From Octopus sinensis (Eukaryota): a DNA stretch of 49,207 nt. Under the pieces are notes generated by a model. That model was given only the letters and a program-made list of their open reading frames with translations, had not been told where the DNA came from and made no database searches. Below, piece by piece: positions 11,030 through 24,062 of this stretch. Where the stretch lies: positions 1 through 49,207 of the forward strand of contig NW_021834493.1 of assembly GCF_006345805.1 (NCBI RefSeq), read 5' to 3'. Position 1 is the first letter of the stretch. Each line of letters opens with the position of its first letter. Both the position numbers and the translations under genes were made by a program.

Positions 11030-11650
11030 AGTTTTTAAGGATTATTGGTAGGGTTCATTCGAATTTATATTTATAAACTACAATTTTGCGTTAGATTTTC
11101 TACACCTGTCGTATTCACCTGAAGCTAAATCTAGAGTTTATACTAAGACATTACCAATACTTAGATCTGTTTCTACTGTTATCTTTAAATCTAACTCTTT
11201 CAATATGTTAGTGAACTCCTTACTAATGGCTATTCATCTTTCATGAAATGGCTAATCCATCATCACCGTAAATGCCGAACTCTGCAGAGCAGAATCTCTT
11301 TTGAAGTATCTTTAAAGTGTGCAATTCTGATTACATCAGAAATCTCAGTCACATCCTTCAGCCCTATGTCTGCATCATACTGTTCCTGGCCTTTACATTT
11401 AACCCTCTCACCAGATTATCACAAATTAGTACAGATTTTCTAGCAAGTATGATAATATTAAAGTCAGAATCACTAAGTAGAATATAAGCTATACTGAATT
11501 CTAAATCCTTTTCATGGAGATACTTTCTTACAGACAGAACTCTACTCTACCGAACTTCATATAAATGTACAAGAGTGCTACTTACGTATCTTATTGAACT
11601 ACTTGATATCTGATAAGCTATTATTCCATGATAAAAGAGAAGTCACCTGT
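11030..11650 (-). pseudogene. Decayed Penelope-like element reverse transcriptase fragment
   Basis: Manual translation gives IIILARKSVL, FGIYGDDGLAI (11279-11247) and LKELDLKITVETDLSIGNVLV*TLDLASGEYDRCRKSNAKL*FININSN, matching the PLE RT pattern GxYRDDGL...ITxE...NFLDxTLDL...YRKPN...NSNHP; contains stops and frameshifts. Confidence 0.7.
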
Positions 11651-12228
11651 TTAATGTTAACTATGATGGTCCTGCCTATCTCAATTTATTACTCTACATT
11701 GGAAAAACAATAATCTATGTGGTCTTTAAAAGTAATGTATGGTACACGTGATGCAATAAAGTTCCTACCCTGTCATCTATGTTTAGCTTGCTAGTTATTT
11801 GTTTAGCTTTTAAATTAATCACAAGGTATGTGCTAGAGTTGGTTTTCTGGTGTTGGAAAGGTGCTGATGGCATGTACAGCTGTCAGCTTTGCTATTATTT
11901 GTAGACTTTTTCTGAAAATTCATGGATGCATTTGAATTTTTTCAGTTATATCAAATCATATAATATAATCTAGCATATAATATAATTTGACCATAATTTT
12001 GGGGAATTTCGAGGTCTACTATTTCATTTTTCCGTTTCTGTAGCTTTGTGTGTGGACTGTGCTCTCCATTATAACAGTAATGCATTAAAAGGCTGTAGTT
12101 TCACAAATAGAGTGCATACCATACTTATTACACACATAGAAATCCTAATGCATATAAATATAAATGAAATAGTACATGATATAAACCTCTGTATAGTTTA
12201 AATGGTCATTCCATACTCTTTTTCTCTC

Positions 12229-12426
12229 TTTTTACTTGTTTCAGTCATTTGACTGTGGCCATGCTGGAGCACCGCCTTTAGTCAAGCAAATCAACCCCAG
12301 GACTTATTCTTTGTAAGCCTAGTACTTATTCTATCGGTCTCTTTTGCCGAACTGCTAAGTTACGGAGACGTAATCGCACCAGCATCGGTTGTCAAGTGAT
12401 GTTGGGGAGACAAACACAGACACACA
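12229..12426 (-). mobile_element. SINE family A, 3' arm only
   Basis: Same tail and right arm, ending at the internal (CA)n. Confidence 0.8.
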
Positions 12427-12973
12427 GGCCAGAGTAGCATCGGTAAAAAGAGAAAAGGCCGAAGAAGATATTTAAGGAAGAGGCTGGAGTGTGTTGGTGA
12501 CTGAGATATGATTTGGTGTCCAACATTTCTGTGGATATAGTTTAGGATGCTTGTCACTGCATCACTGCTGCCCCAAACCTGACAGCAAAACTCTGTAAAG
12601 GATCAAAGACGATTCTGTGTCCTAGATGTGGTAACAGTACTCCAATGTCGATCATCTCCCAACTCTTTATATCCTGTGTTCAAATCTTGTCAAGGTCATC
12701 ATTTTGGGGCCAATGAAGTAGAGCATAGAAGTCAAGTAGAGCTGTTCACATCATTTATGAAGCCCTCCCTAAGAATATCCGGATCAGTGCCGAGCTTAGA
12801 AAGACTTCGTAGTTGACAGTTATATTGTGGTGTAGTTGATGTTTTTTGTTATTGTGGCTGCTTCTGTTGTTGTTGTTCTTCTTCTTATTATTATTATTAT
12901 CATCATCATCATCATTATCATTGTCGTCATTGTTGTTATTATTATTATTATCATTATTATTATGGTGGTGATA

Positions 12974-13152
12974 TGACAGAATCATTAGAATGCCAGACAA
13001 AATGCTTGGTGGTATTTTGTCTGTCACTGCATTCTGAGTTCAAATTTCACCAAGGTCAATAATTTAAGTACCAGTGAAACACTGGGGTAGATGTAATCAA
13101 CTAGCCCTCTCTACTGAACTTGCTGGCCTTGTGCCAAAATTTGAAATCATTA
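12974..13152 (+). mobile_element. SINE family C
   Basis: ctgagttcaaattt...aagtaccagtgaaacactggggt...gctggccttgtgccaaaatttgaa. Confidence 0.7.
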
Positions 13153-13156
13153 TTAT

Positions 13157-13194
<38 letters not shown>

Positions 13195-13410
13195 ATGGTA
13201 GTAGCAACAGCAGCAGCAGCTTTGTTGTACTCACTGATGGTAGGAATTAGTTGAGGTGGTGGTGGTGGTGGTGGTGGTGGTGGTGTCGTCGAGGGTAATG
13301 GTAATAGTTTTTATATTTCTGGTGATATTGTTGTTGTGGTACTGGTGATATTATTGTCATTGCTGTTATAGAGATGGTGTTGTTGTTGTTGTTGTTGTTG
13401 TTGTTAGGGT
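13150..13410. repeat. Trinucleotide runs (TAG)n, (CAG)n, (GGT)n, (TTG)n
   Basis: Direct inspection. Confidence 0.9.
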
Positions 13411-14177
13411 GAGGTGACGTCATTATTGGTGTTGTTGTAGTTGTTGTCGGTGCCACAATAAGAGAAGATGCAACATGAGTTGAAGTTTGCATCACTGTGC
13501 CAACTGATGCCATTAAACGGATTCTGGCATTTGGTCACACGACTGGCACCACTGCACATTACGTGTGCACCGGTGCACAAACCAACTGTCATTGGTGGGG
13601 GTGGCATTGGTGCACACCAATGTGTAAGACACAAAGCACAAAGGTGACTGGTTGTGTCACTGCAATTGGATTAAGACAACACGATGGCTGCTGCTTGCTT
13701 ATGTAGCAGGGTAAGGGTGTGTGGGGGGATTATATAAGCATGTGTGTATATATGTGTGTGAGTATGTGTGTACATATATACATACATATATATATATGTA
13801 AAATCATTTACAATCATTTAAACTATCACATGATGTAAAGACAAGATGACACAACTCCGCACACACATACATACATGCATATATATGCACAAACACATAC
13901 ATGTGTGTGTGTGTGTATATATACACACACACATGTTTTATTAATAGTGAGCAGAAGTTAGAGAGTGACTCAAAGGCCAAGAGTTCCATCCCTACTCTGG
14001 CTCTGTGACTTCCACTGATTATTGATAAAGAAACAGAGATACATCCTCATGTTTTGAGTTCTGTTTTCCTGTTTGTATTATGAAATGTGTGTGCATATGT
14101 ATATATGCATGTATGTATATATTTATGTGTATGTATGTATATATTTATGTGTATGTATTTACGTATATACATAGATA

Positions 14178-14368
14178 CTGCCATGATAGATCGATAGCCA
14201 CTACACATGTTTTTTTTCTCTCCTTGTGTTTTTTCTGAGTCCCTTCTGTTGAGGAGCTTAAGCTCGAAACATAAAAGACTTTTTCAATTCCTGAGCATTA
14301 TACTAATACATCTGTTTTTTTGTACACCACCACACCTGTCTTCGTCTTTTGTTTTTTTTGTGAACTCT

Positions 14369-14371
<3 letters not shown>
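14178..14371 (+). mobile_element. Second copy of the CUGUUGA hammerhead-variant repeat
   Basis: CTGTTGA-G-GAGC TTAA GCTC-GAAAC-ATA-AAAGACT at 14246-14280; flanks align with 281-490; followed by pure (TA)n. Confidence 0.55.
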
Positions 14372-14465
<94 letters not shown>

Positions 14466-14510
14466 TATATATATTATATATATATATATATATTAATAAT
14501 ATATATATAT
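14372..14510. repeat. Nearly pure (TA)n
   Basis: Direct inspection. Confidence 0.95.
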
Positions 14511-14850
14511 GTGAAGGCGCGTGGCTCAGTGGTTAGAGCGTCGAGCTTACGATCGTGAGGTTGTGAGCTCGAATCCCGAACCGGGCTGCGTGTTGTGTTC
14601 TTGAGCAAGACACTTTGTTTTTCACGTTGCTCCAGTTCATTCAGCTGTAGAAATGAGTTGCGACGTCACAGATGCCAAGCTGTATCGGCCCTTGCCTTTC
14701 CCTTGGACAACATCGGTGACGTGGAGAGGGGAGGCCGGTATGCATGGGCGACTGCTGGTCTTCCATAAAACAACCTTGCCCAGACTTGTGCCTCAGGGAG
14801 TAACTCTCTAGGTGCAAACCCATGGTCAGTGTCTGACCGAAGGGGGTCAC
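14511..14850 (+). mobile_element. tRNA-derived SINE family D
   Basis: ggcgcgtggctcagtggttagagc A box, gagctcgaatccc B box, CORE-like gtgttcttgagcaagacactt. Confidence 0.8.
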
Positions 14851-15088
14851 CACCATATTAATAATGGCCTACATGGCCTTGCTTTTTGGTTTTTGAGCCA
14901 AAAAATTAACTTAACTTAACTATAATAATATGGCAACAAAAGAATGAATGAGACTCGATATTATGTAAATAGAGGAATTTATCTATAAATATAATATGTG
15001 ACAATTAGTTGATTGTCATAATAAAACTCAGAGTTTCAGATGGATGCCATGGCTGAAGTCTGTTATCAGTTATTAAGACAAACGCTAT

Positions 15089-15122
<34 letters not shown>

Positions 15123-16516
15123 CCTGCAAAGATACAAATGCACACTCATATATATGTAAAAGAAAACTGAATAGTTGTTCTATATCACAGTTTATGTGCA
15201 CAGGCCTGTGTGTGGGTGTTTTCATGTATTATATATACTGTACATGGTTATATTTATTTACCTATATATACACACACACAAAGCCACCTGCACACCCAAC
15301 AACCTACAGTCATCCATCTCTCTATATATTGACACCTCCCTACATCAAACAGTAAATCTAATTAGTATAAAATAATTTATTAGTCAATACCAATTGATAT
15401 CAATTCAGTTTGTTACTAAAGATTCTACACATTTGTGAAACCTGAGAACTTTCTGGAAATAATAGTTTCCTTTTATATCTATGGCTTTGTCTACGAAAAA
15501 CAGGGGCCTTGCTCATGACCCAAGTAGGTTCTTTCTCATGACTTAAGTAGTTTCTCCAAAACTAAAGAGATACCATTCCGTCAATTAAATTTCACTCACA
15601 AATCTTAGAGAGATGCAAGAAAATTGTAGAAGACAACCTTCCAGCTTCTTGTGAAATGGCACAGCTGCAAAATGAGTGTCCTTGTGATGATTCTTCTGAA
15701 GAATTATGGTGACACTGTTATCAGTCTATCAAATATTTATTCCAATTGTTCATGTATTGTCTGCCATCTGATACCAATGGCATGAACCTCCTCACCTCTC
15801 TCTCTGAAATTCTTACTCCAACTAACCCCAGAACATGTAATTCCAGTCTTCCCCTACACCAACAGAACCAAAACAAATACTTATGCTTCCCTAATAAAAC
15901 AGGGACACATTGAATACAGCCGACCCACTTCATTTCTCACCTTCAAACCTAATCTTTAATTAACCATTAATTTCACAGCCTAGTCAATGAGAGGTACCTC
16001 ATATCTTGCTTCTGTAAAACAGCCCTGTTTCCCTTCTGCTACAATCAAATCAGTTAAATGGTCTGTGCTTGGCCAGTCCTATGCTGACCACCCCTGCTAA
16101 CAAAGGTGCATCACCTCTAACACACCTAAGACAGCTACGCTACCACTGGTTCACTGATTCACTAGCTCCCGGGTTGCCACTGGACCCCCAAGTAAAGAAT
16201 GCAAGAAAGGGTGTAATCAACCCTACCACCCATCCATCAGCTTTGGGATGGTCTTTACTCAGGGCTACATGTTACATGTATTTACATATTTTGTGTGTGT
16301 GTGTGTGTGTGTATTTTTTATAATGGAATTGCTGAGGATGTAAGCAGATTGGCAGCTTGTTAGTCTGGAATTGGACAAATTGATGCTGACATTTCTGATC
16401 AGAACTCAAAGTTCAAAAGTCAATGAAAACAGTTCAATCTACAGAGAAAAAGCTAAATTAGCCCCGTTTATGAATTTATAGGTTACATTTTTTAGCCCAA
16501 CTTAAGAAGGAAAACT

Positions 16517-16672
16517 GGCAGAATCTTTAGTGTTGCAGAAAATGCTTGATGCCATTTCTTCCAGTTCCTTACATTCAGAGTTCAAATTCCACTGAGATCA
16601 GTTTTAGCTTTTATCCTTAAGGAGTTGATAAAACAAGTAGAGTTGAACACTGGGATTGAAGCAATCAACTTT
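16517..16672 (+). mobile_element. SINE family C, diverged
   Basis: ggcagaat...cagagttcaaattcc...cttttatcctt. Confidence 0.55.
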
Positions 16673-16959
16673 GTCCTCTCCTTGTTCAACTCTACTTGTT
16701 TTATCAACTCCTTAAGGATAAAAGCTAAAACTGATCTCAGTGGCAGATATTAGAAAAGAACAAAAAGCGTCTATAATAACATTTTAGGATTTTCTTATTG
16801 GCCAAACCTCAATCAAATTGCTTTTGTTTTTTATAGAATTAGTAATGAGACTCTTTGGGGGTTGTTCCCCCACCCCACCCACCCACACACACACACCAAC
16901 ACACAAACCTACATGACTTTTTCCTCATTTCTATCACCATCCTCTACTAAAACTACTAC

Positions 16960-17200
16960 AGCCAAAACCTTTTACAATCAGTCAACCCCCAGTCCTAACA
17001 ATGTGCCCTATTCTAAAGCAACCCCCAATTTAGCTCCTACCCTTACAAAATTCTTCGACATTTCTCTATCTCGACCTTCAAATTTATGGGAACCTCCCCC
17101 ACTTCCTCCCAAATGCAGCCTCTGGGATCCTGGCTGCCCTCATTCTATCAACTCCACTTCCAAAGTCAAACATAGAAATTGTCATAAACAATCTTCAGTG
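16960..17200 (+). mobile_element. Highly decayed CR1/L2-like RT fragment
   Basis: PSPNNVP..KATPNLAPTLTKFFDISL...DPGCPHSINSTSKV resembles GPDNIP..LK...LAP.L.KLFN.SL...DP.NYRPI.L.S..SKV. Confidence 0.35.
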
Positions 17201-17465
17201 ATTTCACTTCTCTGTGGCCACCACCACAGACTCCATAGCTAAGTGCAGAATGATATAATCAGTGTAAAGGCCTACTCCACACACACATGCCTATTTTTAA
17301 TCAATTAATACAATGACAAACAAAATTAAATTGATTATCATTAATGTTAATGATAATTCTTATCCAGAAAAGCAAGGGACACAATTCTGAAAAGTAAATT
17401 GATTAAAGATTGAAGGTGGTCATGTAGTCTGGGGGGTGTAAGTGATCTTTGATAATTACAGTGGC

Positions 17466-17510
17466 AACTTTGGGGACATGTTTCAGTCTTATGACACTTC
17501 ATCAGGGAAG
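17466..17510 (-). ncRNA. Hammerhead core remnant (no proximal stem I)
   Basis: CUGAUGA-AGU(8 nt)ACU-GAAAC-AU-GUC on minus strand; homologous to 24063-24113. Confidence 0.35.
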
Positions 17511-18101
17511 TATAAGTTTTACTAATATTTACCAGATTTTAGACTAACAGAGAGAATACATACATAAATATGTATGTATGTTTGAGTGTTTGCTGCGTAC
17601 ACGTGTGTGTGTGTGCACGCGTGCATGTGTGTGCACACATGCATGTGTATGTGTGTGTGATTTAGGAATATGTATCAGAAATTATGTGTATTCCTCCATC
17701 ACACAACAACAAGGCATTATGACTCTTCAGAATGTCGGGGAAATCTGGTGGTTGGCAGAGGACAACAGAGAACCTGCAGGCCACGTCTGACACTAGAAAA
17801 CCCATAATATGCATTATTTCTGTAATGAATTTTTGCATCCTAATTGGTGATCAATAGTTTTATTGATTATATGTTTCCAATACTGATCAATCACTGGTTC
17901 CCTGTATTTCAGACATTGTATCAATAGCAATGAGGACTGTCTGGGTAAATATCACAAACAATTTTGTTTAAAGAACAATAGTTTTTGGGTGGTGGTGGTG
18001 GTGGTGGTGGTGGTGGTTCTTGTTCTTGTTCATGTTTGGGCTCTTTGCCAATGTACATTGGTCAAAAACTCGCTTGCACACACATACACACATATATATG
18101 C

Positions 18102-18491
18102 ATAGCTTGCTTACCAACCACATGGTCCTGGGTTCAGTCCCACTGTGTGACATCTTGGGTAAGTGTCTTCTACCATAGCCTTGGGCGAACCAAAACCTTG
18201 TGGGTAGATTTGGTAGACGGAAACTGGAAGAAGCCTCCTGTATATGTATGTATATATATATGTGTGTGTGTGTGTGTATGTATGTATGTTTGTGTGTTTG
18301 TATTTGTCTCTCCAGCATCACTTGACAACCGATGCTGGTGTGTTTACGACCCTGTAACCTAGCGGTTCGGCAAAGGAGACCAATAGAATAAGTACTAGGC
18401 TTACAAAGAATAAGCTCTGGGGTCGATTTGCTCGACTAAAGGTGGTGCTCCAGCATAGCCACAATCAAATGACTGAAACAAATAAAAGAAT
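18102..18491 (+). mobile_element. SINE family A, A box lost
   Basis: B box, CORE-like segment, internal (TG/TA)n, right arm and tail. Confidence 0.8.
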
Positions 18492-19184
18492 ATCTACATG
18501 GATACACACACACACATATATATATATCATGTATATACATAAATGTATAAAAATAACTCAGCATCCAATAGGTTTCATTCTGACAACAGATAGATTGAGG
18601 TATATCAAATACCCTAGAACATAAATAGTAGTTAAGAACAGCTCCATTTGACAAGGGAAGATAGTCTCAAGAATTTTCCAATGTTGTCATTAAGGAAAAT
18701 AACAGACTTATTGTCTGGAGAGAGGGAGACAGTCATGGACAGCTGTTTCTTCCTCCGTGGACATATCCTGCTCTTTTTGTATATGTTTAACTTCCTTGGT
18801 TACTGCAAGTAATGTAGGAGAATTGTTGTGTTGATGAAGGCTATCGAGGAAGAAACACATGTCCATTATCCCCAGACAATATGCCATTTGCTTCTCTTAA
18901 ATACATGTCAGCTTTGGAGAATTCTTGATCCATGAGATTATCTCTCCTTCTAAGATGGCGATGGTCTTCTTTGCCATTTGGTAATCATGACACATCATCT
19001 GGAACTGGAGATGACTCTAAAAGATCAAGTATAGTAGTTGATATGCCTGTATCTGTCTATGCTGTGTTTATTTACACACAAACACACACACAGGATATAG
19101 TTGACAGAGCAGCATCATTACTTCAACTTTTGTTCAATAAACAAACACTCATCAAACAACAACAACAACAACACAATATAGCCA

Positions 19185-19244
19185 TTAATTCAAAAGAAAA
19201 CTCCTGCTTTTACAAGGAGAGGAGGTTCTCTGTCCTGGTAAAGT
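19185..19244 (-). other. Candidate terminal coding exon of the protocadherin (TLPGQRTSSPCKSRSFLLN*)
   Basis: Acceptor ttgtgtcttttattgcAG| at 19245, phase 0 compatible with the 26194 donor, stop TAA at 19187-19185. Confidence 0.25.
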
Positions 19245-20279
19245 CTGCAATAAAAGACACAACCCATCACATATAAATACTGGTTTTGTTCAATTATATT
19301 CCATGTATGTTGAAGATTTTGTGAAATTGAAATCCATAGTGAAATATAATGAGTTAGAAAAATTATGTTGAGTTTAGGAAGATCAATTATCGAGTAAAAC
19401 TTGATGAAGATGATCCAATTATGGTATATAAAATCAAAAGATAATGTGAATGTATAAATAAAGAGATTAAAATGTGAAAGTTCAATGTCAATGTATTTAA
19501 TCTGATAGTAAGGTGATCTAATATTTTTGCAGGTATTTTCTAATGTGGTGGCATTTATAACAATCTCTGATCTGAAAATAATTACTCCAATCTAATACTT
19601 TGGAGTATGAAACTGTTTTCAGCTATACATAGACTACATGTGTAAATAACACATGGGGTTTATGTGCATTTCTGTATGGTCTATATTGCTCACTTGTTAT
19701 CAAAATTAAATTTAAGTTTTTTCAGTTTCCAGAAATAATAAAGTAAAGCTATCATCTTCATTTCTATTTGCTTGGAAGAAGAGTTATGATGGAATTTACC
19801 TTTGAACATACATACATACATAGTGATTATACCTTCTGTAACTGTTCACTTATGGAAGTGACATCTGCTTCATATATCCTTGCTTCAGCATTACTTGACT
19901 AAGGAGGAAAGCTTTTGTGTTGTTGCATGTAGAGTTCGTTTCTGTCAGTTTAGTTGGTTTCTGTGTTAAAAGCTATTTCATTTTGGAAGTATAACTTCAG
20001 TCCAACTTTAGGTTGTTCTTCTTTCATATTAAACAACAGGATAACCACAATTAAGACTACCATAGCAACATCACAGTGTGTTAATAACTTGGAAATGTTG
20101 TTATATTACAGACTGGCCAATATTGACCAATACTAAGCAATATGCTGCAATTTTACATCAGGTCAGAATGGAAAAACACAAACACAAATTTAGGAAAAAA
20201 AACCATGATTTATTTTGTTATTTACACATACACAGATTAATGTATTTACAGATAGATATAGTATTTATTTACATTTGAG

Positions 20280-20332
20280 TACACATGCACACGCACACAC
20301 ATATATGCATGCATTCATATAAATATTTATAT

Positions 20333-20365
<33 letters not shown>

Positions 20366-20372
20366 CACAGAC

Positions 20373-20405
<33 letters not shown>

Positions 20406-21511
20406 GTATACATATATAAATAGAAATAAATGCATATTAAAGCACACCATCACAAATGCACAAATGGGTATATATATACGTGTGTATATGTTTGTAAATA
20501 TATACACATACACACATATATATATACATGTATATATATACACATCTGTGTACATATATATATATATGTATATATATATGTATATATATATATATATATA
20601 TACATAAATATACACTCACATACATATGTACATAATACATAAGCATACTTACAGACATGCATACATCTCACACACACACATATACTTACATACAGACACA
20701 GAGCCATATGTCCGTAATAAACACATACATATATACTCACAGGGGAAATGTATATTTAAAGAACTTTGCATACACATTGCATGCATGAAAACGTACTTTG
20801 ATGCTGATTGATATCCAAAAAATATAAACACATACATAATATAGAGTATATAGAAATATATACACACGCACATACGTATATGGATACAAATGTATATATA
20901 TGTACATGGAAATGTAAATACAGACAGATTTATATACCCAGCATATATACGCACATATCAAAGCAGTGCTAACAAATATGAGAATAATTATTTTCTCACA
21001 CACAAACCACAGACCACATATTGAACATAGCTTGGATGTGTGTGTGTATATATATATATACACACACACATGCATATATGTATGTGTATGTGTACATACA
21101 CAGATATGCATATATCTGCACACATACACACACACATGTATATATACATGTATGTGCATATATATATATATGTATATATAAATGTATACACCCCCCCCAC
21201 ACACACATATATATATATATATACATATATACATATATACATGTATATATGTATGTATATGTGTACATGGAGGAAATATATGTGTACATACACAGATATG
21301 CATATATCTGCACACATACACACACACATGTATATATACACGTATGTGCATATATATATATATATATGTATATATAAATGTATACACCCCACCCACACAC
21401 ACACATATATATATATATATACATATATACATATATATACACACATATATATATTTATATATACATATATATATACATACATATATATATATATATATAT
21501 GTGTAAATATA

Positions 21512-21544
<33 letters not shown>

Positions 21545-21570
21545 GTATGTATGTACATACACCCATGCAC
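20280..21570. repeat. Large (TA)/(CA) microsatellite field including a tandem duplication of about 192 bp
   Basis: tgtacatacacagatatgcatatatctgcacac at 21091 and 21283. Confidence 0.9.
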
Positions 21571-22019
21571 ACATACCATCGTCACCAGCGTCACCCCTTT
21601 CCACCCCATAGCCAATGAGAAACTCCCCACCCCCGTCCCTTATGCCCATCCATCAATAAAATCCTGATAAAACTCTATCAGGTGATTGACTTTCTCTCAA
21701 AGCCATATTGATTTCGTTTAAGTGTTCAATACTGATTACACGTCAACCAGTTCAATCTCAATGGACACGACCAGTTTTCTCAGGGACCAAACAACAAAGG
21801 ACTTGTTTTACCATGTTCACCTCCTTCCTTCCACCTTTTTCTTCTTTCTTTCTTTCTTTCTTTCTTTCTGCCCCTTTTCTTGTTACGGCTATTCACTGTT
21901 TATGCACGTGTGCATGTATGTGTGTGTGGTGGGGGGATCAATTGTACATTTGTATATTTTTGTATCTAAGTGTTTGCATATGTTTGTGTGATTGTATAAT
22001 TATATATAATGCTTTCTTT

Positions 22020-22408
22020 AATGATTGAAATATTTTTTGATAAAGAAGGGAACCTTTCTCTAACAAACCAATAAAACAGGAGGATTGTAATTTAGCCAAC
22101 AAAGAACAGGCCAAAGCCACTGGTTTCACTTTAGAAATGTGTTGTATATTTTCACTGTTCCACTTACAGATTTTATTTGTGAAGGGTTTGTTACTTGGTC
22201 GCTTTTTAGCTTGAAACCACTGTATTTTGACATTGTTCGTTAAGCAGTAAATTACGTAACCAAGCACACCGATAATTAGTGGTATAAATGTGAATTTGTA
22301 ATTAGCGGGGAAGTGCTGCAGGTTTTGAAGCAGTTGTCCATAAATGTTTTCCTTCTCACTGGTATTTGAAAAGATGCCCTTGTCTGCAGAGCAACAAACC
22401 TCTCTGAC
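22020..22408 (-). mobile_element. Second, more decayed RLE-type LINE 3' end
   Basis: EKENIYGQLLQNLQHFPANYKFTFIPLIIGVLG and SGTVKIYNTFLK* align to the 3438-3932 ORF; similar 3' UTR. Confidence 0.75.
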
Positions 22409-22444
22409 AAACACACACACACACACACATAAGATATACATATA

Positions 22445-22487
<43 letters not shown>

Positions 22488-22499
22488 ATATATATATAT

Positions 22500-22666
22500 A
22501 CAATAAATTCAGGGTGGATACTTGATAAATGTAAGCACCTGTATATGCCAGCTAGTGGTATAGGTGATAGGATATATGTATCAAAAGAAAAACAGGACGC
22601 ATATTGTTCAATAAAGCCCGAAACATATGTACCGCAAAATCCTTTGTGTCCTGTTTTTCTTTTGAT

Positions 22667-22672
<6 letters not shown>
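22500..22672. mobile_element. Internally deleted sister copy of the 32-kb inverted-repeat element
   Basis: Shares ttcagggtg.atacttgataa.tgtaagcacctgtatatgccagctagtgg...atcaaaagaaaaacagg; retains only the 3' half hammerhead GCCCGAAACATATGTACCGC (22616-22635). Confidence 0.8.
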
Positions 22673-22717
<45 letters not shown>

Positions 22718-23820
22718 CATAAATTATATGACCAGAACTGTCCAACAATGAAAAGCAACATGAAACTCAGAGTAACAGTTTACAAAGAATTTTCCAGCTT
22801 TAATAAAAGTGTGTGTGTGACTTCATCTTGTTAATTATCGTATCTCCTTTGCTTTATCTAAAGGTAAATCTTTCACTGCCAGCCAGAAGGATAGACAAGT
22901 CTAGAGTTAAACCAGGGTTACCCAAAAGCTATCTCTGGGGTACATGGCGGGTACCCACTGTCTCAGTTTTTCAACATTTCTGTATCCGGGTGGGCAACTG
23001 AAAAGAAAAAAAATATCAATGTTTATAAATGTCCTCAAATGTTGTCTATACTTGTACTTTATACATACATTGTTTTTATATGCCATCAACATATATGATA
23101 TATTTAGTGTTCATATACTGGTTATATACTCTCTGCATATATTGTCTATATTGCAATATGTGTGTGTATGTGTATGTTACATATATGTTTCATATATGTG
23201 TGTATCTATTATATGGTGTGTTTTTCGCAGAGAATTTATGGTTGTAATAGTGTCTTTTGACGTCTATTTTTTAGTGCTTGGTGAGACACAAGCCAAGACC
23301 TTGTTATAATTATGTATATAATTACAAAATGTTTATAAAATTTACCTATGAGCTTTTATTTCCACGCTGACCACTTGGTAAAAATCATTAATGATTTTAC
23401 CCTTTATTATTATATATGTATATATATATGATAATATACGTTGCATATTACGTATGTATGCATATATATGAGTATGCATGTGCCAGTGTGTGTGTGTATG
23501 TTATATGTTAATAAAATACACTTGATATTAGCTGATAATCGACCTATTGTCAGTGTGAGAAAGGAAGGGAGATAACTGTGACCATGTTTCACATTTTTGT
23601 TGAAGATTCTTGAGTGAAACCTAATCTCTCTTCCCCCTCTCTCACTCTCTCTTCCCCTTCTCTCACTCTCTCTTTCCAAAGTAGTCGTTGATATATTTAA
23701 AATAATTATTCACTGAAATGCCACAAAGACATTATCCACATGATAAAGAGTTTCTAATAAAGCATTGAGCTTAATTTCTTTAATTATCTTAATTTCTCAC
23801 TCCTGCATATGTTTAATATT

Positions 23821-24027
23821 GGTTTCAAGTTTTGGCACCAGGCCAGCAATTTCGGAGGAGGGGTAAGTCAATTCCATCCACCCCAGTACCCAACTGGTAC
23901 TCTATATTAACCTCTCTGAAAGGATAAAAGGCAAAATTGGCTCCGGCTGAATTTGAACTCAGAACATAAAGACAGACGAAATGCCACTAAGCAATTCACT
24001 CGGTGTGCTAACGATTCTGCCAGCTTC
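23821..24027 (-). mobile_element. SINE family C
   Basis: gaatttgaactcagaac...gctaacgattctgccagc. Confidence 0.75.
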
Positions 24028-24062
24028 TTTAATATTGAAGTCCAATTAGTGATTATGTCATC

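Noticed and set aside
13500-13740. GC-richer island ending in TATATAAG as a promoter
   Set aside because: No associated gene or other evidence; TATA-like words are ubiquitous in this sequence.
15600-15715. Plus-strand coding-like stretch KKIVEDNLPASCEMAQLQNEC
   Set aside because: Short, no recognisable domain, no partner exons.
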